Positions 1-8,875 of a stretch of 47,726 nucleotides of DNA are shown in pieces; the stretch's first letter is position 1, and each line of letters opens with the position of its first letter. This DNA is from Sphingobacteriaceae bacterium (GTDB lineage: Bacteria > Bacteroidota > Bacteroidia > Sphingobacteriales > Sphingobacteriaceae), in contig JACMJM010000046.1 in assembly GCA_014380615.1 (NCBI GenBank), positions 1-47,726 of the forward strand, read 5' to 3'. The notes under the pieces were generated by a model. It searched no databases, was not told where the DNA came from, and was given only the letters and a program-made list of their open reading frames with translations. The position numbers were made by a program, and so were the translations under genes.

Positions 1-1
1 T

Positions 2-265
2 GAGAAGTTCTTATCTCTGGTGGCGCAATCCAATCCTCATTCTGAAAACTGCGAAGCTGCTACTGTAAGCTACTTTGCCAACAAGCTTTCTGTACATCCA
101 AACTACCTGAGTACGGTGGTAAAAAATATTTCCGGCTGCAATGCCCTTTGTTTCATCCATGAACTGAGCATAGAAACGATTAAAAGCCACCGAAAAAATA
201 TAATCGCAAATGCAGGTGCGGCTAATATGGCCGCAGCGATTAACTTATTGGCGAAACAAAGCTAG
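2..265 (+). CDS. AraC-family transcriptional regulator, C-terminal HTH portion; 5' end lies outside the window
   Basis: The reading frame is open from position 2 (EKFLSLVAQSNPHSEN...), so the M at 20 is probably internal. The segment LSVHPNYLSTVVKNISG ... FIHELSIETIKSHRKN fits the second helix-turn-helix of AraC/XylS regulators. Confidence 0.45.
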   Translation, partial: EKFLSLVAQSNPHSENCEAATVSYFANKLSVHPNYLSTVVKNISGCNALCFIHELSIETIKSHRKNIIANAGAANMAAAINLLAKQS

Positions 266-332
266 GGTTGCGTCGAAAGAACTTCGAAGAGAAAACTCCG
301 ACCGGTTTCAGCTTGATTAAATTCATTAATAG

Positions 333-2531
333 CTATTTACTCTGTGCCAGCAGTTTTTCAATTTCAACCTTAAAATTATGCATCTCGAAATCATCATTTA
401 ACACCTGCCCTTCTTTGTTAATTACAATATAGCGTGGTATGCCGTTAAACTTAAACAATTGGCGTAAATACAGGTACTCGTCTGATGATAAGCGGTAGGT
501 ATTTACAAGCTCATTTTCATTTACAAAATCGGTGTACCGAGGTTCGGGCGACTCCGAATCTGAGGTTATAAACACAAATTCCAGATCTTTACTACCCTTA
601 TACTTCTCTCTGACATCCTTGTTGGCTTTTATTGATGCAATGCAAGGGCCGCAAAATATAGCCCAGAAATCTACAAACACAATTTTTCCTTTATATTGAT
701 CTATGATCTTTTTAAAGATATCAGTCCCTTTGCCGCGAGGTAAATCATATGCCGCCTTTGGAACCAGCGGATACGCTTTCCGGAACATGATTTCAGCCTC
801 TTGCATTACAGCAGCATTTGCGATACCTTTTTCCAGGGATGTTAAAAAAGTGCGGGCCTGATCTTTATCGTTTTTCATCACCCGATCGAACAAAAACTTT
901 AAAGTTCTTACCTTGGCAATTTCGATGATTAAACCTGGTTGAATCTTTAACGAGTTTATTAAAGTAGCATTTGTAGCATCCCATTCCCGAAGCATGCTGG
1001 CACTGTTGGGGTATAATTCTTCTTTTTCCGGATACTTCTTCTTGTAAAGCTCAAACTGCGTAGCATATTTTTTATAAAAAGGGTCGGCTTTTAGTCCGTG
1101 TTGTTTCAAAAGCTCATCAGCTTCTTTCTGTCCTATTTCAGCCTCAAACTTCTTTTCCAATTCTTTAGTAGCAGCAATGTAACTCAAATCATCCTTCGTT
1201 GGTTTAAGCAACAACTCTTTAAATAAGTATGCTTCGAATGGAATTCTGCGGTTATCAGGAGCATTCCGTTTCGACGCCATTATGGGTTCTGAAAACTCAA
1301 ATCGATTAATAAAAGTCGAGAAATGTGACGAAATCAACAGACTTTGATCATTTTGCGGGATACGCTGTAAAAAATCGTAAAATGATGAATCTGGTTTTAC
1401 CCGTGAGGCTTTGAAAGCCGGATTATTCCTGGCTTCTGATTGCTGTCGCATCACATAATCAAAATGATAGCTTGCACCAGATAATAGGATCTGATTTTTT
1501 AGAATAGTTTTAGTTTGCTCAGTAAAGTCCCTGCCTTTTAAATCGTGTTCAAGCTTTTCTTCACGATTTTTTAAAACAGCCAACTGACTGGCCTTAAAAT
1601 CGTTTGGATTTTGAGTTTTTACATATTTCTCCAATTCCTGATAATCGTTTGGATTAATCGATACAGACATTAGTTCCTGATTGATGCGGGCAGCCGGACC
1701 CATAAACTGAATATCTTTATATTTATGATTATAATGATCGGCGGTTAAAAGCTCTTCCCAACTTAATACAATAGCCAGTGTTTGGCCGGGCTCCAAATAA
1801 TAGTTTACCGAATTATCTTTCAATATCAGGTAGTGATAACGGGGATAATTCATGGGTATGCTAGCTTGAAATCTACCGTCAGGCTCGATACTAACCACCA
1901 TTGGAGAGTCATCATTTGATATTTCATTGCTCGCATAAACAATTCCGGTTGAAAAACCAAGTCGGCGGTCATAGCCTTTAATATATCCGATAACCCTCGC
2001 CGTATCTGTGTTAAAAAACTGCGGAGAAGTATAGTTTACCAGGGTATTGTTTTTTGATTTTGCCAACTCGGCATCGAGCCAGGCATTTACATTAGCAGGT
2101 ACTTCATGCGATCTGCTTTGCTGTTTTTTCGGATCCAGCGAAAGTCCGAAAATAATAGTCCTGTCTTTTTCGCCAAAGTTTATTTTGGTTGTTGCTTTCT
2201 TAACAGCAGGAAAAATCAGCACAAAACTGGAATCGCCCGAAGCAGGCATATAAATCTGCTTATCAATTTCACCCCCTCGCATGGCTTTTATGAAAAGCTT
2301 TTCACCCGTATCTGGGTTTTCAATAAATGTACTTTTAAGAAACCTGATCCATAAGTTGGGCTTGAACTTGCAGTGAACAAACAGGCGTGTTTCTTTGCTG
2401 CTCAATTCAATTTTAGAAATATTATAGATGCCGGATGTTCGAACTTCATACGGTGGATTTACAACAACCTTGTTTTTTGCATTCGAATTAAGAGCAAGGG
2501 CCAGCAGGATATAGGTGAGGAAAAATTTCAT
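333..2531 (-). CDS. Secreted thioredoxin-fold (TlpA/AhpC-TSA-like) thiol-disulfide oxidoreductase with a ~580-aa N-terminal domain of unknown function
   Basis: The probable start is the internal ATG at 2531, which gives MKFFLTYILLALALNSNA as a signal peptide; the longer ORF start at 2624 lacks one. The C-terminal region has FVDFWAIFCGPCIASIKAN with the CxxC active-site motif typical of TlpA-like thioredoxins. Confidence 0.6.
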   Translation of the reverse strand: MKFFLTYILLALALNSNAKNKVVVNPPYEVRTSGIYNISKIELSSKETRLFVHCKFKPNLWIRFLKSTFIENPDTGEKLFIKAMRGGEIDKQIYMPASGDSSFVLIFPAVKKATTKINFGEKDRTIIFGLSLDPKKQQSRSHEVPANVNAWLDAELAKSKNNTLVNYTSPQFFNTDTARVIGYIKGYDRRLGFSTGIVYASNEISNDDSPMVVSIEPDGRFQASIPMNYPRYHYLILKDNSVNYYLEPGQTLAIVLSWEELLTADHYNHKYKDIQFMGPAARINQELMSVSINPNDYQELEKYVKTQNPNDFKASQLAVLKNREEKLEHDLKGRDFTEQTKTILKNQILLSGASYHFDYVMRQQSEARNNPAFKASRVKPDSSFYDFLQRIPQNDQSLLISSHFSTFINRFEFSEPIMASKRNAPDNRRIPFEAYLFKELLLKPTKDDLSYIAATKELEKKFEAEIGQKEADELLKQHGLKADPFYKKYATQFELYKKKYPEKEELYPNSASMLREWDATNATLINSLKIQPGLIIEIAKVRTLKFLFDRVMKNDKDQARTFLTSLEKGIANAAVMQEAEIMFRKAYPLVPKAAYDLPRGKGTDIFKKIIDQYKGKIVFVDFWAIFCGPCIASIKANKDVREKYKGSKDLEFVFITSDSESPEPRYTDFVNENELVNTYRLSSDEYLYLRQLFKFNGIPRYIVINKEGQVLNDDFEMHNFKVEIEKLLAQSK

Positions 2532-2863
2532 TATGAAGGTTTTTGATAGCTTATTTAGGCGATGTTTATGGTTTAAATATAAAAAATTTAGTCTAAACTC
2601 AAATCTAAACAACAATACATTCAAAATCCATGATCCTTATTATGCCAGATTATTGAAGGCTTCGCTAACAATTCCTTACTGAGAAGGATAAAAAATGTTA
2701 GTTGGACAGCTAATTGAAGCGTAGCACTTATGTAGTATAAAAAACGATATAAAGTGGAAATCCAATTATAAAGGACATAGATCCGGCTAAACTGGCTGAA
2801 TCTGAGAAAACTTGCCAAAAGTTTTGGAACTTTTGGCAAGTTAGTTTGGTAAAGTAAAAACGG

Positions 2864-3204
2864 CTAACCTACTGTTTTAGATTTATTGGTGTTATTCAAA
2901 ATAACAGATGCGACTATTACCACAGAAGTTATTAAAACTCCGGCAACAGCTTTTTTAACAAATGTTTCCCTGTTGTACTTCCACTCTGCGGTCCAGCCGC
3001 GCTCAACAAACCAGTTGGGAACATGTCCGTTTTAAAGTCATCTACGATTCCTTCAAAAACGTTTATTCGGCCTGCAAACATAAGCGGCAACCAATGCCCG
3101 TAACTAGATTCGCTGTATTTAAAGACGTAACGGCGAATTTTACCACTCAGGCCCGAAGGCGGTACAGAAGTTCCGAAATGCTGCGGTAATGTTGGGCCGC
3201 TCAA
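2864..3204 (-). pseudogene. Small tail-anchored membrane protein gene split by a frameshift (N-terminal part 2932..3204, C-terminal part in another frame ending at 2864)
   Basis: The 90-aa ORF stops at 2932 (..GIVDDFKTDMFPTG..). A second minus-strand frame reads NGHVPNWFVERGWTAEWKYNRETFVKKAVAGVLITSVVIVASVILNNTNKSKTVG-stop, a clean C-terminal transmembrane helix. The frames switch at gacTTTAAAAcgg (~3036-3046). The apparent start is TTG. No family is recognised. Confidence 0.3.
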
Positions 3205-3341
3205 CCGAATTCAACACTTCTACTTCAACCGGCTGTTAAGAGGTGCGTTCTCAGTATCCTGTTATTATAATTACTGAGCGAGAGCTTTAGTTCAGTTTGG
3301 TTATCAATCAACAATCTCAAAGTGTATGTTTGTACCCTTAA

Positions 3342-4556
3342 ATGAGAAATATTCTCCGGCTATACCTTCAGTCCTACAAGGGCTTATCTACATCCGCATG
3401 GATTTTGGCACTTATTATGCTCATCAATCGAAGCGGAGCGATGGTAATTCCGTTTTTAGGAGTATACCTTACGCAGGCTTTACACTTCACACTAAAGGAC
3501 ACAGGTATTATTCTGGGCTGCTTCGGCATAGGTTCTGTATGCGGATCCTGGCTGGGCGGATGGTTAACCGATAAGGCGGGGCATTTTAAAGTGCAGCTAT
3601 TTTGTCTGATGCTTTGTGTGCCGGTGCTTTGTATTTTACCTGAATTAAGAACAGCTTATGAGTTGTCGGTGGGCGTGTTTTTTCTGGGATTAATTACCGA
3701 AACATTCCGCCCGGCTAATTCGGTTTCTATGGCTTCGTATACCAATCCGGAAAATCTCACAAAAGCTTTTTCTTTAAACCGGATGGCAATAAATCTGGGC
3801 TTTTCTATTGGCCCTGCGTTGGGTGGCTTTCTTGCCGGATTTTCGTATCAATCCTTATTCTACTGCAATGCCTTGAGCAGTGCGGTAGCCGCACTTGTTT
3901 TCTTCTTTTATTTTAGAAAACGCGAATCTGTTACACAAGATATAAAGCCAGTGGCGGCAGCTTCTGTTATTGAAGACAAATCTCCAATGAAGGATAGACA
4001 CTTTATTTATTTCACCTTCTTCTGCGGCCTGTACGGTATTTGTTTCTTTCAGCTGCTCAACACCATCCCGCTTTTTTACCGGTCGGTGCATCAGCTTAGC
4101 GAATGGAACATCGGTTTAATCATCTCATATAGCGGATTTATCGTTTTTTCGCTTGAAATGCTTCTGGTACATTTTGCTGAGCGAAGGTTTCGGGCCTCCA
4201 CGGTGATTATTGCAGGAACGATTTTGTGTGCTGCTTCCTTTTTCATGCTTTTGCTTCCGGGTAAATATCTGGTGCTGTATGCTTCTATGTTTATTCTTTG
4301 TATTTCTGAAATACTAGCCATGCCGTTTATGGCAACCGTAACCATGCAAAGGGCCTCTACTACCAAACAAGGCGCTTATATGGGTATGAATGCCATTGCG
4401 TTTTCTGCGGCACATATCTTATCGCCTGTATTGGGAACACATATAGCAGAGTATTATGGCTTTGGGGTATTATGGATTTCTACAGGAATTCTTTGCAGCC
4501 TTACAGCAATGGGCTTTTGGTGGATAATGAACAGAATGCGTGTAAAACCAGCATAA
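3342..4556 (+). CDS. MFS (major facilitator superfamily) transporter
   Basis: The 404-aa product is predicted to have about 12 hydrophobic helices. Glycine-rich helix pairs (GCFGIGSVCGSWLGGWLTDKAG, LGFSIGPALGGFLAG) are typical of MFS permeases. Confidence 0.8.
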   Translation: MRNILRLYLQSYKGLSTSAWILALIMLINRSGAMVIPFLGVYLTQALHFTLKDTGIILGCFGIGSVCGSWLGGWLTDKAGHFKVQLFCLMLCVPVLCILPELRTAYELSVGVFFLGLITETFRPANSVSMASYTNPENLTKAFSLNRMAINLGFSIGPALGGFLAGFSYQSLFYCNALSSAVAALVFFFYFRKRESVTQDIKPVAAASVIEDKSPMKDRHFIYFTFFCGLYGICFFQLLNTIPLFYRSVHQLSEWNIGLIISYSGFIVFSLEMLLVHFAERRFRASTVIIAGTILCAASFFMLLLPGKYLVLYASMFILCISEILAMPFMATVTMQRASTTKQGAYMGMNAIAFSAAHILSPVLGTHIAEYYGFGVLWISTGILCSLTAMGFWWIMNRMRVKPA

Positions 4557-4633
4557 GCTAGTTTCGAATCTTGTTTAGCTCTAATATGCTCCTGTCTTGC
4601 GATTACAGTACAGGAAGCATATTGAATGCCTAC

Positions 4634-4888
4634 TTAAAAGTCGAAAAAATCATCCAGAAAAGATTTCTTCTTATGCTGCGGATGCTTCTTAAAATCCTGA
4701 TCATATCCGTAACGCTTATGATCCGATTCATAATTTTCTCTCTTAGAATAATGCTCGGCGGATCGTTCGATGATTTTTTCCAGTTCTCCGCGATCTAACC
4801 ATATTCCCCGGCACTCCGGGCAATAATCAATTTCAACATCTTTTTTATCGGCTATTAATAAGGTTGCCTGGCAGTTGGGACATTTCAT
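4634..4888 (-). CDS. TFIIB-type zinc-ribbon domain protein
   Basis: MKCPNCQ ... DYCPECRGIWLDRGELEKI gives four Cys in a CPxC...CPxC arrangement plus the GIWLD signature of the zf-TFIIB-like small bacterial proteins. A basic, His-rich tail follows. Confidence 0.6.
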   Translation of the reverse strand: MKCPNCQATLLIADKKDVEIDYCPECRGIWLDRGELEKIIERSAEHYSKRENYESDHKRYGYDQDFKKHPQHKKKSFLDDFFDF

Positions 4889-5147
4889 AATTTGAATTTA
4901 TAGAATAAGCAATTAAAATACTTAGCAGTTTTTAAAAAAATCAAATCTGGCGGCTACCAGAGTGGGCATGAGGCGTTTTATCGTTAACCATAATCTCCGG
5001 CGAAAAACTCTGCTATAAAACTCACCGCTCTAAAAGCGTTGTTTACCGAAAACTTGCCCTAACTAACCTAATTAGCGTTTGCGGGCATTTAATCTCATCC
5101 TACTTTTGATTCAACAAAACGAAACAAATCATTAAAAAACAACAAAC

Positions 5148-5572
5148 ATGAAAACTTTAAAAACTCTTGCAGCAACTCTTTTAACAGTATTATCTTTTAG
5201 CGCATTCGCAGCCGAAGACCTGACAAATTACAAACATCAGATGGATTACACGATTAAAACCTACGTTGATGCCGTAGCGCATGGTAAACTTAAAGGCGTT
5301 GCCGAAGTACTCGATTCGGAGGTAAAGTACACTCTTACCCGGGGCGATAAAATTCTGAATTACGGAAACAGGAAATTTTAAAATCGTTAAAAGCCACGGA
5401 GAATACAGATCAGAATTGCACAACCGAATCAACTGTAATTGAAAGGACGCCGACACAAACAATTGTAAAGATTACAATGAAGTACGAGGGTTTTTCGCGG
5501 GTAAACTACCTGAGCCTGGCAAATACCAAAACAGGATGGAAAATTACTAATATTACAAGTACTTTCAATTAA
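5148..5572 (+). pseudogene. Secreted NTF2-like/DUF4878-like small protein disrupted by a -1/+2 frameshift near 5351-5368
   Basis: Frame 3 carries signal peptide MKTLKTLAATLLTVLSFSAFA and stops at 5381 (...ILNYGNRKF). Frame 2 continues coherently from ~5351 (KQEILKSLKATENTDQNCTTESTVIERTPTQTIVKITMKYEGFSRVNYLSLANTKTGWKITNITSTFN) to a stop at 5570-5572. The switch lies at ggaaaTTTTAAAAtcg. Confidence 0.5.
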
Positions 5573-5593
5573 TAAGTATCCACTGATAAAATA

Positions 5594-5618
5594 GAAAAAG
5601 GCATGTGAGGCCTTTTTC
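5594..5618. terminator. Putative bidirectional intrinsic terminator between convergent genes
   Basis: gAAAAAGGC-atgtgag-GCCTTTTTc forms an 8-bp stem (aaaaaggc 5595-5602 pairing with gccttttt 5610-5617) with a 7-nt loop 5603-5609. The A-tract stem arm on one side and T-tract arm on the other let it read as a terminator on both strands. It sits between the stop of the + gene at 5572 and the stop of the - gene at 5622. Confidence 0.4.
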
Positions 5619-5621
5619 TAT

Positions 5622-6851
5622 TTACTGAAACTTCACCGAACCATAATTTGAACTGATCTGCACACGCGAGTTTGAATCTTTACCGAAATTGCCTTTATAG
5701 TTTCTGGTGAATTGAATACCGTTACCATCCTCGGGAGTTTTGCTGGTTATGTTAACCCGGCTTCTGGGATATTGAAAGCCCCCCATATGAACAGTTACGT
5801 CGAAATCAAAATTTGCTGAAGGGGAAATCCCTATTTGCACCGAGCCTTTATCAGCGCTAATGATCAGATTCTTCACATTGTCATCCAGCTCATCTATCTT
5901 TAAACTTCCGTATCTGTTTTCCAGATTGCCTCCGTTTATAACCCTTCCGATCTTAGTTGATCCGTATCTTACATCAGCATTAACCTGATTCGCACTTGAA
6001 ATACTCAAACTCCCGTAAGAAACTTTAATGCTTCCGGTGGTGAATTTTCCAATACTCGCCGAACCATAACTTACTTCAATTACATTTGAAGAATGATTTA
6101 AATCTGCGGCGGATAAAGAGCCATAACTATTTTTGATGCTTACCTGACCATCAAAGTCCGGCAAACTTATACTCCCAAATTTATTATTGACAGCCAATGA
6201 ATTACGCGATGGCATATAAACAATATAATCAACTAAAACTCCCCGATCATCCCGCCCGTTCCCTCGTTGAATCCCGCCATTTGATTGCTTATCGATATGT
6301 GTTTTAAAGTGTATCAGATCACCCTTTTTACTTTCTTCTATCCTCACCCCATCTAATAGAGCCTGAGCCTTATCATCAGATCCTTCGAAAGCTCGTATTT
6401 CCACATCCACTTTTATCTCATTCTTAGCCCAAACATTAATTACAACCTTCCCAAACTGGTTTGCAATGGATAGCTTGTCTTTTCCATCGACAGGATATGA
6501 TTTACTGATCCTTTTAACTTTTTCAACCAGATTGCCGCTCATTGCAAAATTTTCAGGCTGCTGCCTATTAGGGAATGACAGGCTTTTAAAGTCTTCAAGG
6601 TCGCCGAGATCTTTAAGAGCGGCATCAAGCCTGACATTAACTTCATTGTTAATCCTTGCGCTTAGATCACTCAATTTTGTATTCAGCTCTGAGAGTCTGA
6701 CATCCAACTCAGTTTGGTTTAAAGCTTTAGGCACATTAGGCTTTTCCGCAGGCGATGGAACGGGCGGAACTGGCGGCTCCTGAGCCAGTGTAATCTGCGA
6801 TAGGATGAACAGAAACGCGAACACCATCTTACTATATACTTTGTACTGCAT
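5622..6851 (-). CDS. DUF4097-type putative adhesin/beta-helix repeat protein (YvlB/LiaG-like C-terminal repeats), secreted
   Basis: It has a signal peptide (MVFAFLFILSQITLAQ); the alternative start at 6827 would avoid overlap with the upstream gene. A proline-rich linker and a coiled-coil segment precede repeated YGS(L/I)x(I/V) beta-strand units (SYGSLSA, SYGSASIG, SYGSLSI, RYGSTKIG, RYGSLKI, NYGSVKF) characteristic of DUF4097 right-handed beta-helix proteins. It is the last gene of the ECF-sigma triad. Confidence 0.65.
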   Translation of the reverse strand: MQYKVYSKMVFAFLFILSQITLAQEPPVPPVPSPAEKPNVPKALNQTELDVRLSELNTKLSDLSARINNEVNVRLDAALKDLGDLEDFKSLSFPNRQQPENFAMSGNLVEKVKRISKSYPVDGKDKLSIANQFGKVVINVWAKNEIKVDVEIRAFEGSDDKAQALLDGVRIEESKKGDLIHFKTHIDKQSNGGIQRGNGRDDRGVLVDYIVYMPSRNSLAVNNKFGSISLPDFDGQVSIKNSYGSLSAADLNHSSNVIEVSYGSASIGKFTTGSIKVSYGSLSISSANQVNADVRYGSTKIGRVINGGNLENRYGSLKIDELDDNVKNLIISADKGSVQIGISPSANFDFDVTVHMGGFQYPRSRVNITSKTPEDGNGIQFTRNYKGNFGKDSNSRVQISSNYGSVKFQ

Positions 6852-7389
6852 TTTTTTCCTGTTTTTTAAATTTGTTTACTTGTTCAATTATCTGTAATTG
6901 TTGGTTAAGTACCTGGATCTGAACCTGCAGATTCTTCACCATCGCCTTAACTGTCTCCTCCTGATTAGGACTGGTTGATAATTCTCTTTTTAATTTTTGA
7001 TAATTCTCATCCATAACCTTAATCTCGGATGAAAATTCGCGGTATAAATGAGGGTTTTCCTTCTCAACTTCTTTCAACTCATTTCTTTTCTCCTCAATTT
7101 GCGACGCATATATAAATTGTTGTTTAGCAAGCTGCGGGTCAATACTGCTAATATCTGTAGCCGATTTTTTCTGATAATAAAAGAATAGCAAGCCGGCACT
7201 CAGCGTAATGATCAGCAGTGCTGCCACCTTTAAAATAAATTGACTTTGATGATACGAGATTTTTATCGACTTTATTTTATCCTGCTCATTAAGTTTTTCT
7301 TCAATTTTATCCCATATTCCAGCAGGAGGTTCGGAGAGGTTAAACTGTTTTCTGTTATTCCTGATAAAATTTTCTAATCGTTCACTCAT
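6832..7389 (-). CDS. Single-pass membrane protein with a C-terminal coiled coil; probable anti-sigma factor partner of the upstream ECF sigma
   Basis: It lies 5 nt downstream of the ECF sigma gene, with a cytoplasmic N-terminus, one TM (FILKVAALLIITLSAGLLFFYY) and a heptad-rich C-terminus (VKNLQVQIQVLNQQLQIIEQV). The anti-sigma call rests on position and topology only. Confidence 0.45.
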   Translation of the reverse strand: MSERLENFIRNNRKQFNLSEPPAGIWDKIEEKLNEQDKIKSIKISYHQSQFILKVAALLIITLSAGLLFFYYQKKSATDISSIDPQLAKQQFIYASQIEEKRNELKEVEKENPHLYREFSSEIKVMDENYQKLKRELSTSPNQEETVKAMVKNLQVQIQVLNQQLQIIEQVNKFKKQEKNAVQSI

Positions 7390-7394
7390 CTCTT

Positions 7395-7994
7395 CTACTT
7401 ATTAATATTCATTCCCTGATTCTTTAGAATCGCAATTAATTTTCTCTTCGCCCTTAATAGCTGGCTCCTTGAGGTATTCTCGGTTATTTTAAGAATATGG
7501 CCAATCTCTTCATGATCATAACCTTCTAACAAATAAAGCGAGATTACTATTCTATAATTATCGGGAAGTAAGTGTATTCCATCTTTAACCCGCTGTACCT
7601 GGTAGTTTACCTCTTCCTGATCCGTAAATTCTGTATCAGGTATATCCTCTACACCGCCCTCATCAAGTGGAATAAAGTCGAATTTGCGTTTCCTGTATGC
7701 GCTAATAGCCTTATTTACTACTATCTGTTTCATCCACCAGCCAAATGTAGACTCGTGCCTAAAATCCACGATACGTGTAAAAGCATGTATAAACGAATCT
7801 TGTAAAACATCCGCGGCCTCATCTTCATCGTTTACAATTCGCAGGGCAACGTTATACATCCCTTTTGAAAAAAGATTGTACAATTCGTACTGTGCTTTCC
7901 TGTTTCCTTTTTTGCATTCAACCACCAGGTTGTAATGCGGATCTTCATAAAGGGTTTCCAATATCCTTAGCTTTCGTAACAATAGACGCCGCAT
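7395..7994 (-). CDS. ECF-type RNA polymerase sigma-70 factor
   Basis: The sigma-70 region 2 pattern (VVECKKGNRKAQYELYNLFSKGMYNVALRIVNDEDEAADVLQDSFIHAF) and region 4 HTH (LPDNYRIVISLYLLEGYDHEEIGHILKITENTSRSQLLRAKRKL) are present. The size is typical of ECF sigmas. Confidence 0.85.
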   Translation of the reverse strand: MRRLLLRKLRILETLYEDPHYNLVVECKKGNRKAQYELYNLFSKGMYNVALRIVNDEDEAADVLQDSFIHAFTRIVDFRHESTFGWWMKQIVVNKAISAYRKRKFDFIPLDEGGVEDIPDTEFTDQEEVNYQVQRVKDGIHLLPDNYRIVISLYLLEGYDHEEIGHILKITENTSRSQLLRAKRKLIAILKNQGMNINK

Positions 7995-8081
7995 TTTTGC
8001 CAGCGTTGCAGGTTGATTTTTTTGACGCTACTTTTTTTTTAAAAAATTACACGTAGGGATTTATTTTTCAATACGTATTAT

Positions 8082-8089
8082 TATCTTTG
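8082..8089 (+). promoter_or_regulatory. Candidate Bacteroidota -7 promoter element (TAnnTTTG) for the toxin-antitoxin operon
   Basis: TATCTTTG sits 18 nt upstream of the ATG at 8107 in an AT-rich divergent intergenic region that also contains T7, T9 and A6 tracts (8013-8046). Confidence 0.25.
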
Positions 8090-8106
8090 TGTAAAACATT
8101 TATACC

Positions 8107-8361
8107 ATGGACACTAAAGTTACATTAAGCTTTAACGATGAAGTAATTAATCGCGCCAAGAAATATGCCGCTGATAACAACATTAGCTTATCAAGGCTTA
8201 TAGAGTTTCTTTTAAGTAAAGTAACCTCAAACAATTACAGGTCACTCGAAGATTTCCCCATCTCAGATTGGGTTAATCAGGTTGCCGAAGGCGAAGCAAC
8301 ATACCTTACCAAACGAACCCGTAAGGCTACAAAAAAGGAATTTTTCGCTTCAAAAAAATGA
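8107..8361 (+). CDS. Putative antitoxin of a VapBC-like type II toxin-antitoxin pair
   Basis: This 84-aa protein overlaps the downstream PIN-domain gene by 4 nt (ATGA). The N-terminus (KVTLSFNDEVINRAKKYAADNNISLSRLIEFLL) resembles ribbon-helix-helix/AbrB-like DNA-binding antitoxins. The C-terminus is acidic/aromatic, as is typical for the toxin-binding tail. Confidence 0.5.
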   Translation: MDTKVTLSFNDEVINRAKKYAADNNISLSRLIEFLLSKVTSNNYRSLEDFPISDWVNQVAEGEATYLTKRTRKATKKEFFASKK

Positions 8362-8789
8362 ATATATTTCTGGATGCGAATATTCTGGTTTCGGTACTTA
8401 ATAAAGAATACCCCCTATTTCCATTTACATCACGAATTTTAAGTCTTGCTGATAATAAAAGGTTTAAGATTTATACCTCGCCACTATGTCTGGCTATCGC
8501 GTTTTACTTCGCCGAAAAGAAGCACCGTACGGTTAAAGCCAAAGAAAAAATCAGCGTTCTAAGTAAACATCTGAAAATTGCGGGCAATACTGCCGATGGG
8601 GTTCTTAAAACTTTGGACAATAAAAAGATTCATGACTTTGAAGACGGGCTGGAATACTACGCCGCCGCAGAACAGAATTGTTCTTGCATTATTACAGAAG
8701 ACAAAAGTGATTTCTATTTCTCCGATCTGGAGATATTAAACAGTACAGAGTTTTGTTCAAAATATTTGAATTCTCTCTATACTAAATAA
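8358..8789 (+). CDS. PIN-domain ribonuclease toxin (VapC-like)
   Basis: MNIFLDANIL carries the first conserved Asp. Further acidic positions are DFEDGLEYYAA and IITEDKSDF. The 143-aa length and translational coupling to a small upstream gene match the PIN toxin pattern. Confidence 0.7.
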   Translation: MNIFLDANILVSVLNKEYPLFPFTSRILSLADNKRFKIYTSPLCLAIAFYFAEKKHRTVKAKEKISVLSKHLKIAGNTADGVLKTLDNKKIHDFEDGLEYYAAAEQNCSCIITEDKSDFYFSDLEILNSTEFCSKYLNSLYTK

Positions 8790-8875
8790 GTTTTAGGGAT
8801 TTTAATCTTCGATCAACAGAACCTACGATAGGCTTCGCAATTAAAAATATAGAAGAGCTACAATCCCCTTAACAA

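Noticed and set aside
3326-3574. 82-aa plus-strand ORF overlapping the start of the MFS transporter gene
   Set aside because: It sits in a different frame from the well-supported 404-aa MFS ORF that begins at 3342, and its product has low-complexity composition and no motifs.
3855-4366. Two minus-strand ORFs (78 and 91 aa) inside the MFS gene
   Set aside because: They lie antisense to a strongly supported membrane transporter gene. This is a typical shadow-ORF artefact.
4571-4798. 75-aa plus-strand ORF
   Set aside because: It is antisense to the zinc-ribbon gene, whose CxxC motifs make it the credible strand. The hydrophobic low-complexity translation is typical of a shadow ORF.
5190-5462. 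90-aa minus-strand ORF
   Set aside because: It is antisense to the signal-peptide protein gene and spans the frameshift site. The plus-strand halves read as one coherent protein.
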